Shown here in pieces: positions 11,501 through 17,620 of a DNA stretch of 24,198 nucleotides (its first letter is position 1; each line of letters begins with the position of its first letter). The notes below the pieces were generated by a model that was not told the origin of the DNA, made no database searches, and saw nothing but the letters and a program-made list of their open reading frames with translations. The stretch is from IMG/VR virus record IMGVR_UViG_3300032302_000052, positions 1-24,198 of that record; one strand, written 5' to 3'. Source of the DNA: a virus (Duplodnaviria > Caudoviricetes). A program made the translations under genes and the position numbers.

Positions 11501-14482
11501 CGCACCCATGTTCAGGCCGGGAGTGCGCTCGTTCTTGATTGCTTCTCGTGCCGCCGCAACCTTCGCCATAGAATCCGGATCGCCGTTTAGGGCCTTGCCG
11601 TAAATGGCTGCGGTGACACCGTTCTTCTGGAACTCGCTGCCCCACTGCCGCCAAATATCCAGACTTGGAACGGCAGCGCCTACCTGTGCATCAGCGGGGG
11701 CAAGTCGAGCCTCACGCTTCTTAATCTCAGTAGGCAGAGCGAGGCTGGCCGCTTCCGACAGCGGGATCCCCAGCTGCCCTTCAAGGATCTTCGCGGCATC
11801 AAAGTTTTGGCCCCGGTCATCAGGGTGAACCGGGTTGGCTCGATCCTTCAGCTGCCGCACATTTTCCTCTAACGTGGCCGCGGTCGCGGCACCCGTTCCC
11901 TTGGAAAGGGTTTGAGCGAGAGCTTGCTGAGATTCCTTGAGGTTGTCTGCCGACTCCTTATTTCTGTTCTGCGCGGCGGTCAACTGATCGAAAGCCACCG
12001 CAACACCAACAGCGATACCGGCTGAAGCGCCGACACCGCCAAGGAACCCCAGTACGGATTTGAGTCCCAGCAACTTGTCCTTCATAAAGGTCGTGGAACG
12101 CGCCCATCTTCCGGACATGCCATCGGCGGTCAGGCGGTTGACCTTGTTGAAATTCTCCTGCGCCTTGGCTGCAAGATCGGTAGAGACGCGAACATCCCTG
12201 TATGCCTTGCCGCGGTTTACTTCCAGATCCCGACGAACACGACTCCGTTCGGCGGCAGCGTTAGTGAACCGCTCATCCCGCATGTTGAAATCGGCAAGGG
12301 CATTGGCCTCGACTATCTTTGCCTGCTTGAATGCCTCCGCGTCGGCCTTGTAGACAGCCCTCGCGTTCTTGGCCGCAATCGGATCGAGGCCGTCCTTGTT
12401 AGCCGCCTTTTTCGATGCCTTAGCTTTTGCTTCGGCAGCTTCGCGGTCCCTCTCGGCCTGGGCTAGAGTGCGTTGCCCAGCGACCCGAGAGTTAAACATG
12501 CGGGTGTAAAGGTCATCCGTCTCCTTGACTTCATCCCTTAACAGTCTGAGGCGCTGTTCGGCAGCGAACTTAACCCCATCCGCATCAAACGCCGCTTTCC
12601 ACGCGCCGGTCCTTGTCGAGAGAAGTTTGGCCCTTTTCTCCGTGTATTTCTGAATTGAGGCATTGAGGAGATTCCACAACTTGGTGACTGAAGAAATCAC
12701 CGGAGCGGCTGTGCGCCACGTCAAGGTAACGGCGACAAGGGTTTTCATGGCACCGGCAGAACCGCCAACCAAATTACCAAACTGCGCCAACCTCGGGAAC
12801 CAATATGACGCAAACTCTCGCGCACCATCACCAAGGGCACCAAGCAGCTTCCCGATACCCGGAAGAGCATCGGCAATGGTAGCCATGAACTCGCGGGATG
12901 TTCTCATCCACTTGATTAGCTGGCCTTGACCCTCCGCGGATCCCAATTTCTTGGAGAACGAGGCCAACCCACGCTCCATAGTGGACGCGAAACCGCCGAC
13001 ATTACCGGTGGCCTTGTTGTACGCACTAGTAACGGAGTCAAGAATTGATCCGATACTGAGCAGCGACCTGCCCAGGCTGGCAACAAGCTTCAGTCCGCTG
13101 TCAATCCATCTGTTCAGCGAGCCGTCCTGATCGGCCTTGTTTATGAACGCCTCAAACTTGCCCATCACCTTGTCGAACGCGAGCGCAACGCGAGGAAGGA
13201 AACGTGATCCCACTTCGGAAAGTTTCAGCAGTCCACTCGTGAACGAGTCAAGCCCCGGCGTGGACGCACTGATAGCTTTTCCGGTGTTTTCAAAAATCTT
13301 GGCGATACTGTTTGTGTTGCTCTGCCTGCCCAAAACGGAAAAGATCGACTTCATGCTGTCGTTCAGACCGGCAGCGACCTGCTGCATACCGGTCTTGAGG
13401 ACAGGAAGTTGCTTATTGGCGAGGTTGGTGATTTCATCGCCCAACCCCTTAAACAAAGTGGTCTGGACGGAACCCTGCAACCCCTGCCAAGCGCCCTTCA
13501 TCTTCAGTACTTGAAGAACAAAATCCTGACCCGCGGGGGCCAGCATCTTCATCGCGTTGATGAACTGCTCACTCATCCCCGCGGCCTGGAACTGGGCCTT
13601 ATGGAAATTATCTACCGAATTAGCTAGCTTATCTAACGAATCCTTGAAAGTGTTTGATCCCGCGGCACCACGACCAGCATTCTCGTAGTAGTCGTTAATG
13701 TTTCGGGAGTTCTCTTTTACGGCCTCACTTAAATTTAGGTTGGCCGATTTAATATCGAGAAGGGCCTGCTGATAGTCGGTGATGCTCTTGAAGCCGCCCT
13801 TAAACAAAGCTTCATTAGCGCGGCGAACATTCAGCTGCGCTTCCTGAACGCTCAGCTGTCCGCGAGCGAGCTTCGACTTCTGATCTTCAAGTTCCCGGTT
13901 CGCATCCTTGAGGGCTTTCACAACATCGCGTTGAGCGTTCTCAAGGTCACGCGAAGCCTGCGCGTATTGACGTGCGTACTGCGACGATTTCTGCATACCG
14001 TCGTTAGATGCCTTGAACGCAGTGCTGATGCCGTTAAGTCCAGTGAATAGGGTGGCTGCCGCCGACCCGATACCGGCCAGCAAGCCGGGTAACGCCAAGC
14101 TGACGCGGCTCAGTTCAGTCATGGCGGCAGTGACCGACATAAGTCCCTGCGTCAACGCCGGGAGAGCCGACGCCCCAGCGGTATAAACCTGAACCCGGAT
14201 CGCCCGTTTAATGTCGGACTGCTTCCAAGTATGCTCAACATATTTAATTTTGTCGGTAGCAGTACGAATAGAATTCTCGTCAACCTTAACCCTAAGGTTG
14301 ATCGCATTAGCCTGTTCCCGCATACGGAACATAGCTATTTCAGAAGAAGCCTTCCGAATATTGGCTTCAACTTGGACTTCGGCGTTTGACGCTTTTTGGG
14401 CGCGAAGTTTCGCATCGGTTTGCCGCCAGAAACCGGTGGCTATTGGTTGGAGTCTAAGTCCGAGTACGCCAGCTTCAATCAT
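2507..14482 (-). CDS. Giant tape measure protein (3991 aa) with embedded peptidoglycan hydrolase, metalloprotease and ADP-ribosyltransferase domains
   Basis: Canonical position between the frameshifted chaperones (ATGA overlap at 14479-14482) and the distal tail gene (TAATG overlap). Ala/Gly/Leu-rich amphipathic and coiled-coil N-terminal ~1130 aa. Three 'GG.V.G.G...SDxIPAMLSxGEFV' TMP motifs. Gly/Ala-rich hydrophobic C-terminus. Confidence 0.95.
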   Translation of the reverse strand: MIEAGVLGLRLQPIATGFWRQTDAKLRAQKASNAEVQVEANIRKASSEIAMFRMREQANAINLRVKVDENSIRTATDKIKYVEHTWKQSDIKRAIRVQVYTAGASALPALTQGLMSVTAAMTELSRVSLALPGLLAGIGSAAATLFTGLNGISTAFKASNDGMQKSSQYARQYAQASRDLENAQRDVVKALKDANRELEDQKSKLARGQLSVQEAQLNVRRANEALFKGGFKSITDYQQALLDIKSANLNLSEAVKENSRNINDYYENAGRGAAGSNTFKDSLDKLANSVDNFHKAQFQAAGMSEQFINAMKMLAPAGQDFVLQVLKMKGAWQGLQGSVQTTLFKGLGDEITNLANKQLPVLKTGMQQVAAGLNDSMKSIFSVLGRQSNTNSIAKIFENTGKAISASTPGLDSFTSGLLKLSEVGSRFLPRVALAFDKVMGKFEAFINKADQDGSLNRWIDSGLKLVASLGRSLLSIGSILDSVTSAYNKATGNVGGFASTMERGLASFSKKLGSAEGQGQLIKWMRTSREFMATIADALPGIGKLLGALGDGAREFASYWFPRLAQFGNLVGGSAGAMKTLVAVTLTWRTAAPVISSVTKLWNLLNASIQKYTEKRAKLLSTRTGAWKAAFDADGVKFAAEQRLRLLRDEVKETDDLYTRMFNSRVAGQRTLAQAERDREAAEAKAKASKKAANKDGLDPIAAKNARAVYKADAEAFKQAKIVEANALADFNMRDERFTNAAAERSRVRRDLEVNRGKAYRDVRVSTDLAAKAQENFNKVNRLTADGMSGRWARSTTFMKDKLLGLKSVLGFLGGVGASAGIAVGVAVAFDQLTAAQNRNKESADNLKESQQALAQTLSKGTGAATAATLEENVRQLKDRANPVHPDDRGQNFDAAKILEGQLGIPLSEAASLALPTEIKKREARLAPADAQVGAAVPSLDIWRQWGSEFQKNGVTAAIYGKALNGDPDSMAKVAAAREAIKNERTPGLNMGAAVVAGTAPNDLGAAQEQLPRSGPYGGLRGLSLATGAERSIGNEAYSQGQKLFENAQVIPQKGLNKKGSRAFGPFVLGAHGAILNPDGSATIEVDRYPDEVVKGWTDGANDKGISVERRFPNGAVISIDAEHGRQYFNGYAMGGPVWGAGTATSDSIPAMLSNGEFVINARSASLIGHEKLHAMNKYANGGLVRGFEGGGSPGDSGSGSIIGNAWDWFKNLISPDPVGMVPGDSRRPDAAENGYGPYKIPEPIAPPVRTDPVDSAPVERPYTPPTPPPPAPKGIGANIGGGTLYIPKFGGNGALPDTISYPGFIGTDASRAAKAEINPDANILNYLVQVATANGLTANSGPAGPGAGDIAKQLGINTHPDDGAQHSVDRALDIGDSDQAANGSISNFVKSWMADPQKVAATRQLIYQDPKTGEVFAIHHGVALVGKAAWDVYGGNFPKHRDHVHLALEGVPLGAFSQSGAGAPVGIGTIPVTGPTAIPAPPPVVTGPAASTPKGDVQIASPDSVPGTIPGPFGAIPFDPIYILKQIGAAILNGIFSFFGIDGSGFVDALFALGDRKPIGPQVTDVPEPDQELVAGLDAQIAQYDALGTPTGKEMADKIRAGKENYLKQFQGQEAAKSAESAAAYFDSIGQKDTAAKLRAGVQQNPERFSPVVTVPGTGNGPTVLPRPSGGNGGSLIAPPAAYSGGTPETHNAIYKAFKEAGYPDSEWPSLIQLLNHENDTYDPTRPTGGPNSDARGIFQFLSSTWGSVGMQPSDDPYMQSVAGMKYIKQNYGTPTGAWMFWQHPTRAPFDQNWYSRGGLAKFARGGMVKGPGTGTSDSIPAMLSAGEFVMRADAVKSIGADRLNAMNCYSGGGLATASGGTWIDIPDVNYDPKTGTYPDLAGVIQQPRQLPGDGAWIGAAPNPYAQDYLNRLSGGGMPTWVGSGPGLPPNPNPTPPPLPWGQQLALGAIERRRDKHTQESLRDGIANGANMKDDGVLNHADRTPAIDTRGPLEILMGEMSGTVGGHARGGLIRRYAPGGPVIPTDPNQQKAMLRDAFQTRAAGMDGGGGSYLGSAPGTLDHAKEVWQDTGQFAYSTMGKFFGAADQLVTGAAPLVGAGDLLNNLKRKESELRGIPDLSIKDYKAPGVAESWKAMASAAAPLVGAGNVVNDALGINYEPRRRIGDEGIPSGTRDAYKNLLKGVTRYDEYKENGGSTAGATAFDLLTAFFPGGAAFRTARAATATAAKDVVRSGLKSISPGPRQVSVPGENALIPGTDIEIPTAFDPYKMRRTQAAWVKKNTKGIDFKLAGIPKAAQQEIKASMAYLQSVAPTKMHEVVADWDLAGSRTGGDNNTIAYTNLGVRASTGKVGGRIMINPDQFKSVYQNTKDAKMHADPFGPWRAFHPDPGTKSGFFHTLAHEYGHALDMMHLWPGEANRPFLQYINDIPEFGNPLKRYRAMLRGQNSFANVRDSIDPYGIDGYRAETRSITDRRSLSDKRYRELLDGKFGDQFADVTDARVDQMGYSGAYSAKEYAKFIRSRLSGYSYKIGRDMELLSGLRQGQSQIYRKETGLDGKKFRGTIQDLVTSIIVGGPESPIAKSFETMFGYIPTPSNRVTFGDKGTKKLNPAEWAINSIERSESIAEAFSDVMSRGAKAERGHKTVYNVLQQQLSQRGVKIPKIADADYTGRTEITQGLIGQGWLDKASSDKIFGAFKGMVKPFINTQMARRLVIEEERAKQKARKEARDARLGLRPTAEEVPPFPKPTTWVGPSWEPIVLPDPTVLPKGPTKGLASKRSESGDAMAKVPTAGTKAPRRGAIAAAQRAAWIRKNTRGIDFDLSLAPRSMRKEIKAAVAELQSMAPTKIGRVRVGGEFQTADELANAGLGVSARTGELSGTISLNPAQFSKKSRAQFDADAIASEYAGWHPKSRKGAVFGTIAHEYGHILDMMHLREVDSSYKEIVNDLGIPLNSSLGTGRRPTGLTSIEQINDYYNQLYMWGDFWQKGMNPIGKLTPDGLKPLTDKRFSELLDDQLRGQYDETVSNLWDQGYMAKFAHSNPSGYARFVRSALSKYSYKGGDELGKISNVGPGDMDKLMDFMGLGSVGFHNFITQAITQPQRWGMAAHIAKYTGLNLAPVKKGWKDGIPGSRFVFNPTGVDDWAIRSVKRSEALAEAFQDVASNGSAATPGSQAVFNVMRQQLAERGVNMRGIAEQSAKAAPLFDPTLSSIGSFISGIKLKKKYQKELDQEQNPTFLNAFSDGPRFGFLRGAPDPKRGPKPPTPGRTPGALSWDSFATAFDDIYPFSVEEGRMGWDPYKLVGDNGVNAQGHPLGMISKVPNNRPYGSPFDTNQMRELIAYSGSSWVNKAIRGADGLPLRARILEELLAIRPQMSEGLRPGVAGPTGRFTDSKPGEILRIINENQNLPARDVISILRQQKPYITEKQLWDAWFVEHLGASRIKAATVKEKLQQAEIIRSAFDQVPPLERGFWMTRMVEDFGPDVDLSDPQSLVGKLLPANPSFSSFSGGIASKQVQTGRGFEWRMRGGNSGANPFQGRPIMQQTLVPPGAKAIWFGGHENEVLVEDGLQYLPWGQMDIREAAGVAGNGEMDRYYETVAAKMEAMSGRPVPRKTKFWGTAKFDKSAMPDAIAKVGLKELEALMRPLGKTRNGEPAWINLVSPQSENNLLPPYSEFRDMPALHALNYAAGGHVTGPGGPKSDMIPAMLSNGEFVMNAAATRHWGADRLHAMNRYEVGGLVPPPLAPIIQPPLNIDPPPLPDPTEGLLAGTALGANVDLKKVADAVQKPLFPTTKSPDSGSSDPQAFKNLDDITPASLGSVLLSPKGGGSGGSASARQPRSKDPRATLGAAPTSDSHINPALAAGIMGGFNTVGGIVSAIAGAAGAGASAGITGGAPIPGAGQAASAITSAGFQMAGQVAVGAANVISSLLVGTVTPSDTGQGYGAPLLPQQQPGAAMNNFQSIHNGNVVTNNLSEYSRLKDRKDAQKAAPFFNRVNK
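3281..3442 (-). repeat. TMP repeat copy 3 (YAAGG...SDMIPAMLSNGEFVMNA...LHAMNRYEVGGLV)
   Basis: ~54-aa unit starting at aa 3681, clearly alignable with copies 1 and 2. Confidence 0.9.
3770..4505 (-). other. ADP-ribosyltransferase domain (R-S-E class, VIP2/C3/Alt-like) inside TMP
   Basis: Ordered motifs: 'LIAYSGSSWVNKAIRG' (Y..N..[LI]R helix), 'FWMTRMV' (Arg, 4070-4072), 'SFSSFS' (STS-like, 3974-3991), 'VPPGAKAIW' and 'HENEVLV' (ExE, 3812-3820). Confidence 0.8.
4922..6080 (-). other. Zincin metalloprotease domain copy 2 (lethal-factor-like) inside TMP
   Basis: 'TIAHEYGHILD' (HExxH at 5708-5722), 'LSKYSY', 'SEALAEAFQDV' (5018-5038). Confidence 0.8.
6507..7670 (-). other. Zincin metalloprotease domain copy 1 (lethal-factor-like) inside TMP
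   Basis: 'TLAHEYGHALD' (HExxH at 7268-7282), 'LSGYSY', 'SESIAEAFSDV' (6602-6622). Confidence 0.8.
8915..9070 (-). repeat. TMP repeat copy 2 (FARGG...SDSIPAMLSAGEFVMRA...LNAMNCYSGGG)
   Basis: Unit starting at aa 1805, alignable with copies 1 and 3. Confidence 0.9.
9092..9412 (-). other. Lytic transglycosylase (SLT/lysozyme-like) domain inside TMP
   Basis: 'LIQLLNHEN' (putative catalytic Glu at 9323-9325), 'ARGIFQFLSSTW', 'DPYMQSVAGMKYIKQNYGTPTGAWMFWQ...NWY'. Confidence 0.88.
10130..10520 (-). other. LAS-type Zn peptidase-like domain inside TMP (probable cell-wall peptidase)
   Basis: H-x6-D motif 'QHSVDRALDIG' plus downstream 'HRDHVHLAL' (HxH), with an intervening 'QLIYQ' strand. Confidence 0.75.
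10925..11086 (-). repeat. TMP repeat copy 1 (YAMGG...SDSIPAMLSNGEFVINA...LHAMNKYANGGLV)
   Basis: Unit starting at aa 1133; marks the end of the helical ruler-like region. Confidence 0.9.
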
Positions 14483-14922
14483 GTCGTTTGGGGTCCAGTT
14501 ATTCTGTCGATGGTTTTACTGAGCTTGCTGTCCTTACGGCGCAAACCCTCTTTATGCCCAGGAATGTCTGGTCGGGGCACGAACTGGGTACCCCCCCGAG
14601 TAGCAATGAGTTGATCCTGAATATCCTTAAGCGTCGACAATTGTGAGGTCCAACCAAATAGGCTGGGCTTGCCGCGCTTGGGGATTAACTCAACATTCTT
14701 AGCCATTTCATCAATAACATCTGGGTCATTGAGGTACACGTCAAGCACAGCCGATCCTTCCACCTTTAAGAGGCGGTCAAAGAATCGCAGAAACTGGCTC
14801 CAAGGACGTAGTTCCCTGAAATAGTCGTAAGCGTCAACACCGAGAAGGTGTTGGAAATCCCACTCAATCGCCTCCCAGAAGCGATTGACAATTTCAACTA
14901 CCCGTTCTGGGTAGGGAAAAAA
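14479..14922 (-). CDS. Tail assembly chaperone, -1 frameshift extension (gpT part of gpGT)
   Basis: The -1 frame is open from 14937 to the stop at 14479 (…FFPYPERVVEIVNRFWEAIEWDFQHLLGVDAYDYFRELRPWSQFLRFFDRLLKVEGSAVLD…), much longer than the 94-aa ORF-track call, and overlaps the end of the upstream chaperone at a slippery site. Confidence 0.85.
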   Translation of the reverse strand, partial: FFPYPERVVEIVNRFWEAIEWDFQHLLGVDAYDYFRELRPWSQFLRFFDRLLKVEGSAVLDVYLNDPDVIDEMAKNVELIPKRGKPSLFGWTSQLSTLKDIQDQLIATRGGTQFVPRPDIPGHKEGLRRKDSKLSKTIDRITGPQTT

Positions 14923-15191
14923 TGTGAGATGTATGCCTTATTGAATTCGACCCACATTTGCGGGGATTCAGGACCGAAAAGCTCATCAAGCTTCTCGTAG
15001 TTCTCTTCACCCAAAAGCAGCTGGTTGGCCTCAACCTCAGTGGCTGCGTTCTGGGACTTCTCAAGCTGCGTTTTTGTGGGGCAGTACAGAATGATTTCTT
15101 CCGTTACCCGCAACGGGTCAGGCACAATGACCTCTTTGCGCAGCTTCTCAAAAAGGGTCAAACCCTCATCTGCGGTCTTGCGTGGTGCCAT
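14898..15191 (-). CDS. Tail assembly chaperone (gpG-like)
   Basis: Lies between the major tail gene and the TMP. ATG at 15191 (MAPRKTADEG…) is preceded by GGAGAGG, so it is preferred over the ORF-track start at 15209. Confidence 0.88.
   Translation of the reverse strand: MAPRKTADEGLTLFEKLRKEVIVPDPLRVTEEIILYCPTKTQLEKSQNAATEVEANQLLLGEENYEKLDELFGPESPQMWVEFNKAYISHFFPTQNG
14916..14922 (-). promoter_or_regulatory. Programmed -1 ribosomal frameshift slippery heptamer T TTT TTC
   Basis: Minus strand reads CAT TTT TTC CCT, an X XXY YYZ heptamer in the correct phase a few codons before the chaperone stop. The downstream ORF is in the -1 frame. Confidence 0.82.
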
Positions 15192-15230
15192 ATTAGTAAT
15201 CCTCTCCAATTGGATTTTATTTTTTTAGGT

Positions 15231-15266
15231 GGGTGGGGGTGGCCCGATTAAGGACCACCCCCACCC
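15231..15266 (-). terminator. Strong GC-rich stem-loop after the major tail gene (non-canonical terminator or mRNA stabiliser)
   Basis: mRNA GGGUGGGGGUGG-UCC-UUAAUC-GGG-CCACCCCCACCC: 12 perfect bp plus 3 more including one G-U pair. Followed by an A-run, not a U-run. Confidence 0.6.
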
Positions 15267-15414
15267 TTGGTACTTGCCACACTCGCCTTTAGTGGCTTCC
15301 ACAGTCGCCTTTATTGGGCTAATGGGATCAGATCGAGCCTGCAAACTGCCCGGTCTGGTCGTACCAGAAAATCAAACCTTGGTAACCCTGAAGGTTCCAA
15401 GGGTCACTGAAAGC

Positions 15415-16374
15415 TCAGGTGAGCGTGACAGTCTGGGTTGCGGTCAGCGCGGTGGACTGACCGGCAGGCAAGTAGGTAGCCGTGATGGTGGTGGTGCCAG
15501 CGGTGGCACCGGTCGGAATGCTGAGCTTGCCGTTCGTGTCCACAGTGGCCTTGGCCGTGTTGGACGACGAGTACGAAGCGTTGACCGTGTAGTCGATACC
15601 GTTCTGTCCGACAACCTTGAGGTTGCGGTAAGTACCGGCAAGCGAGGCAGCAGTACCGGTCAGGTTGGACGCGAAGGTCGCGCCGCCCTGGGTGGTGCTG
15701 ATGGTCGCGGTCAAGGCGGTGACAAGAGTGCCGAAGCCAGCGCGAACGGCAATGTGGTTCCAGCCGGGGCCGCAGAAGCCTTGCGCCACAGAGAATCCCG
15801 CAGTGGAATCGCGGAACGCCTTGAAGGTCATCTTGTACGACATTGCGCCGTTGTCCTTGATGGACTGATTATCAACCTTGTCGAGCTTCACCTTGGGCAT
15901 GATCCAGTACATGAACAGATCGTCGCCGTCAACATCGTCCTGGCCGAGCAGGATTGCGCGGTAGTAAATGTTCTTCGGAAGCGACGGGGCCTGGATGACA
16001 ACGCCACCAAGCGAGCTAGGGGTGACGGTGGTCAGCGAGGTCTGGTAGAACTGCTGCAACGTGGTGATGTTCGTCTCCAAGAAGTCAGCCATGAAGGTGA
16101 CCGTTTTCTTGCTGATGATCGAACGAACCGGGTCGGCATCGCCATACGCCTCGATATCGGTCGAGGTGTTGTCGTTGCCGATATCGACACCGGCACCCTT
16201 CTCGATGATCCCGGCACTCTTGTAGTCGCTCAGCGACACGATATCGCCAGTCGAGGAGTTTTCCAGAGTGGTCAGGACCGGGCTGGTGATGGGAGCGAAA
16301 AGCACAGCCAAGTGGAGATTCGCAAGAACGAGTTCCTGCTTGGCTGAGCGGATGGATTCAAAATCGGTAGCCAT
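15415..16374 (-). CDS. Major tail protein with C-terminal Ig-like (Big_2-type) domain
   Basis: 319 aa; 'DIEAYGDADPVRSI', 'FLETN', 'GFCGPGW' are typical of actinophage tail tube proteins. C-terminal 'YSSSNTAKATVDTNGKLS…AGTTTITATY'. RBS AAGGAAG; strong GC3 bias. Confidence 0.92.
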   Translation of the reverse strand: MATDFESIRSAKQELVLANLHLAVLFAPITSPVLTTLENSSTGDIVSLSDYKSAGIIEKGAGVDIGNDNTSTDIEAYGDADPVRSIISKKTVTFMADFLETNITTLQQFYQTSLTTVTPSSLGGVVIQAPSLPKNIYYRAILLGQDDVDGDDLFMYWIMPKVKLDKVDNQSIKDNGAMSYKMTFKAFRDSTAGFSVAQGFCGPGWNHIAVRAGFGTLVTALTATISTTQGGATFASNLTGTAASLAGTYRNLKVVGQNGIDYTVNASYSSSNTAKATVDTNGKLSIPTGATAGTTTITATYLPAGQSTALTATQTVTLT

Positions 16375-16381
16375 TTCTTCC

Positions 16382-16870
16382 TTAAGATGGGAGAGTATTC
16401 ATTATCTGTCGGTAGTTTTCCGGAGAACATTTCCGGGGTTCCCGAACCAGAATTCGGTAATTTATGGAGATGAATTTGTCATCGACATATTCATCTAGTG
16501 CCTGAACGGGACCAGCCCATTCCTCCACAGAATTTATCTGCGTGAAAGTCCCGTCTTGGCGCGGAACCTTGAAACCGCCTGAACATGCAGCCATTACTTG
16601 ACGCACAAATTCGGTAAGCTGCCAGGAGTCGTGACGACTTTGGCTCAATACCCCTATTTGTACGACGGCGTGGTCGAATGGCATTCCATCTACTGCCTTA
16701 CCCGCGGCCCTATGGACCCTGATTACTGGACGCGGATTTATATAGTAGTCCTCTACTAACCATGTTACTACAGGAATTTCTTCACCGAGCAACCAAACGA
16801 ATAGGTCGCACAGCAATTCTTCAATATCAACAAAGCCGCCCTTATACCAGGATGGAAGTGAGAGGGACAT
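16382..16870 (-). CDS. Tail terminator
   Basis: 162 aa directly upstream of the major tail gene; 'LPSWYKGGFVDIEELL', 'PVIRVHR', 'EWAGP'. Confidence 0.8.
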   Translation of the reverse strand: MSLSLPSWYKGGFVDIEELLCDLFVWLLGEEIPVVTWLVEDYYINPRPVIRVHRAAGKAVDGMPFDHAVVQIGVLSQSRHDSWQLTEFVRQVMAACSGGFKVPRQDGTFTQINSVEEWAGPVQALDEYVDDKFISINYRILVREPRKCSPENYRQIMNTLPS

Positions 16871-17620
16871 TTAGGGCTTCACCCCCGGAGGGGCTGGCGG
16901 TTTCTTATTTGCGTTGAACCTAGCCCGAGTTTCGGCCTCTCGCCTCGCTCGCAAATCGGCCCTTTCCCTTTCGGTAAGATTCCGTCTAGTGGGAGCCTTA
17001 GTCAATTCCATCGTGGCTCGTGAAGTCCGTTGCTGAGGAGTTGGCGGCCTTGGGACCGCGGGGCGAGCCTGATGATGTTCAGTACCGGCACCGGAATCCC
17101 CACCTAGAGCAAGTGCGGCGGCGGCGGTGATGCGACGGTTTGCAACAGTTTCAGCTGCCCACCGCAATTGCCAACCAGCTTTTGACCGTTTTCCGGTTTT
17201 CTGATAAAGGCTCTTGCTGGCAATGCGGCCCTTGGCGTCCCTGACCTGAAGGCCCTTCTTTGTTTTTATAGCCCGATAGCCTTCGGGGAGTCCGACGTTA
17301 GCTTTTCCATACTCGATGAACCTGGGGTAAGGCTGACCTTTTGTTGGCTTATAGCTTAGGGCGCGGTTGATTACCCAGCCGTGATACCTTTCGGTTTGCC
17401 CAGGTACACCGGCACGTTTAACTTTAGTCCCAGCACCTTTTCTTAGAACTCCCCTTTTTACGGGCAGGACGTTGACGTACAAGTCAAAAATTTCTCCGGT
17501 GATCTTTATCAGCTGGGCTTGACATTCCGGGCCGTTAAGCCATTCCTGCAAACCCGGATTAGGGATCGGAATATCAAGTGCCCATTTATCGGCAACATGA
17601 TAAAGACGATTTTCCGGCAT
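16871..17620 (-). CDS. Neck / tail completion protein (HK97 gp10-like position) with basic insertion and Pro/Arg-rich extension
   Basis: 249 aa between stopper and tail terminator; 'PVKRGVLRK' and 'YPRFIEYG' motifs; TGATG overlap with the upstream gene. Confidence 0.6.
   Translation of the reverse strand: MPENRLYHVADKWALDIPIPNPGLQEWLNGPECQAQLIKITGEIFDLYVNVLPVKRGVLRKGAGTKVKRAGVPGQTERYHGWVINRALSYKPTKGQPYPRFIEYGKANVGLPEGYRAIKTKKGLQVRDAKGRIASKSLYQKTGKRSKAGWQLRWAAETVANRRITAAAALALGGDSGAGTEHHQARPAVPRPPTPQQRTSRATMELTKAPTRRNLTERERADLRARREAETRARFNANKKPPAPPGVKP

Noticed and set aside
2507-14482. Intein or mobile-element insertion explaining the TMP size
   Set aside because: I saw no Hint-type splice motifs (C/S…HN-C/S/T), homing endonuclease or transposase motifs.
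14479-14763. Stand-alone 94-aa gene
   Set aside because: The frame is open up to 14937 and joins the chaperone via a slippery site; better explained as the frameshift extension.
15370-15410. H-type pseudoknot after the major tail stop
   Set aside because: The required loop 3 would be only 1 nt, sterically implausible; treated as alternative hairpins instead.
15229-16347. 372-aa plus-strand ORF
   Set aside because: Antisense shadow of the GC3-biased major tail gene; no recognisable motifs.
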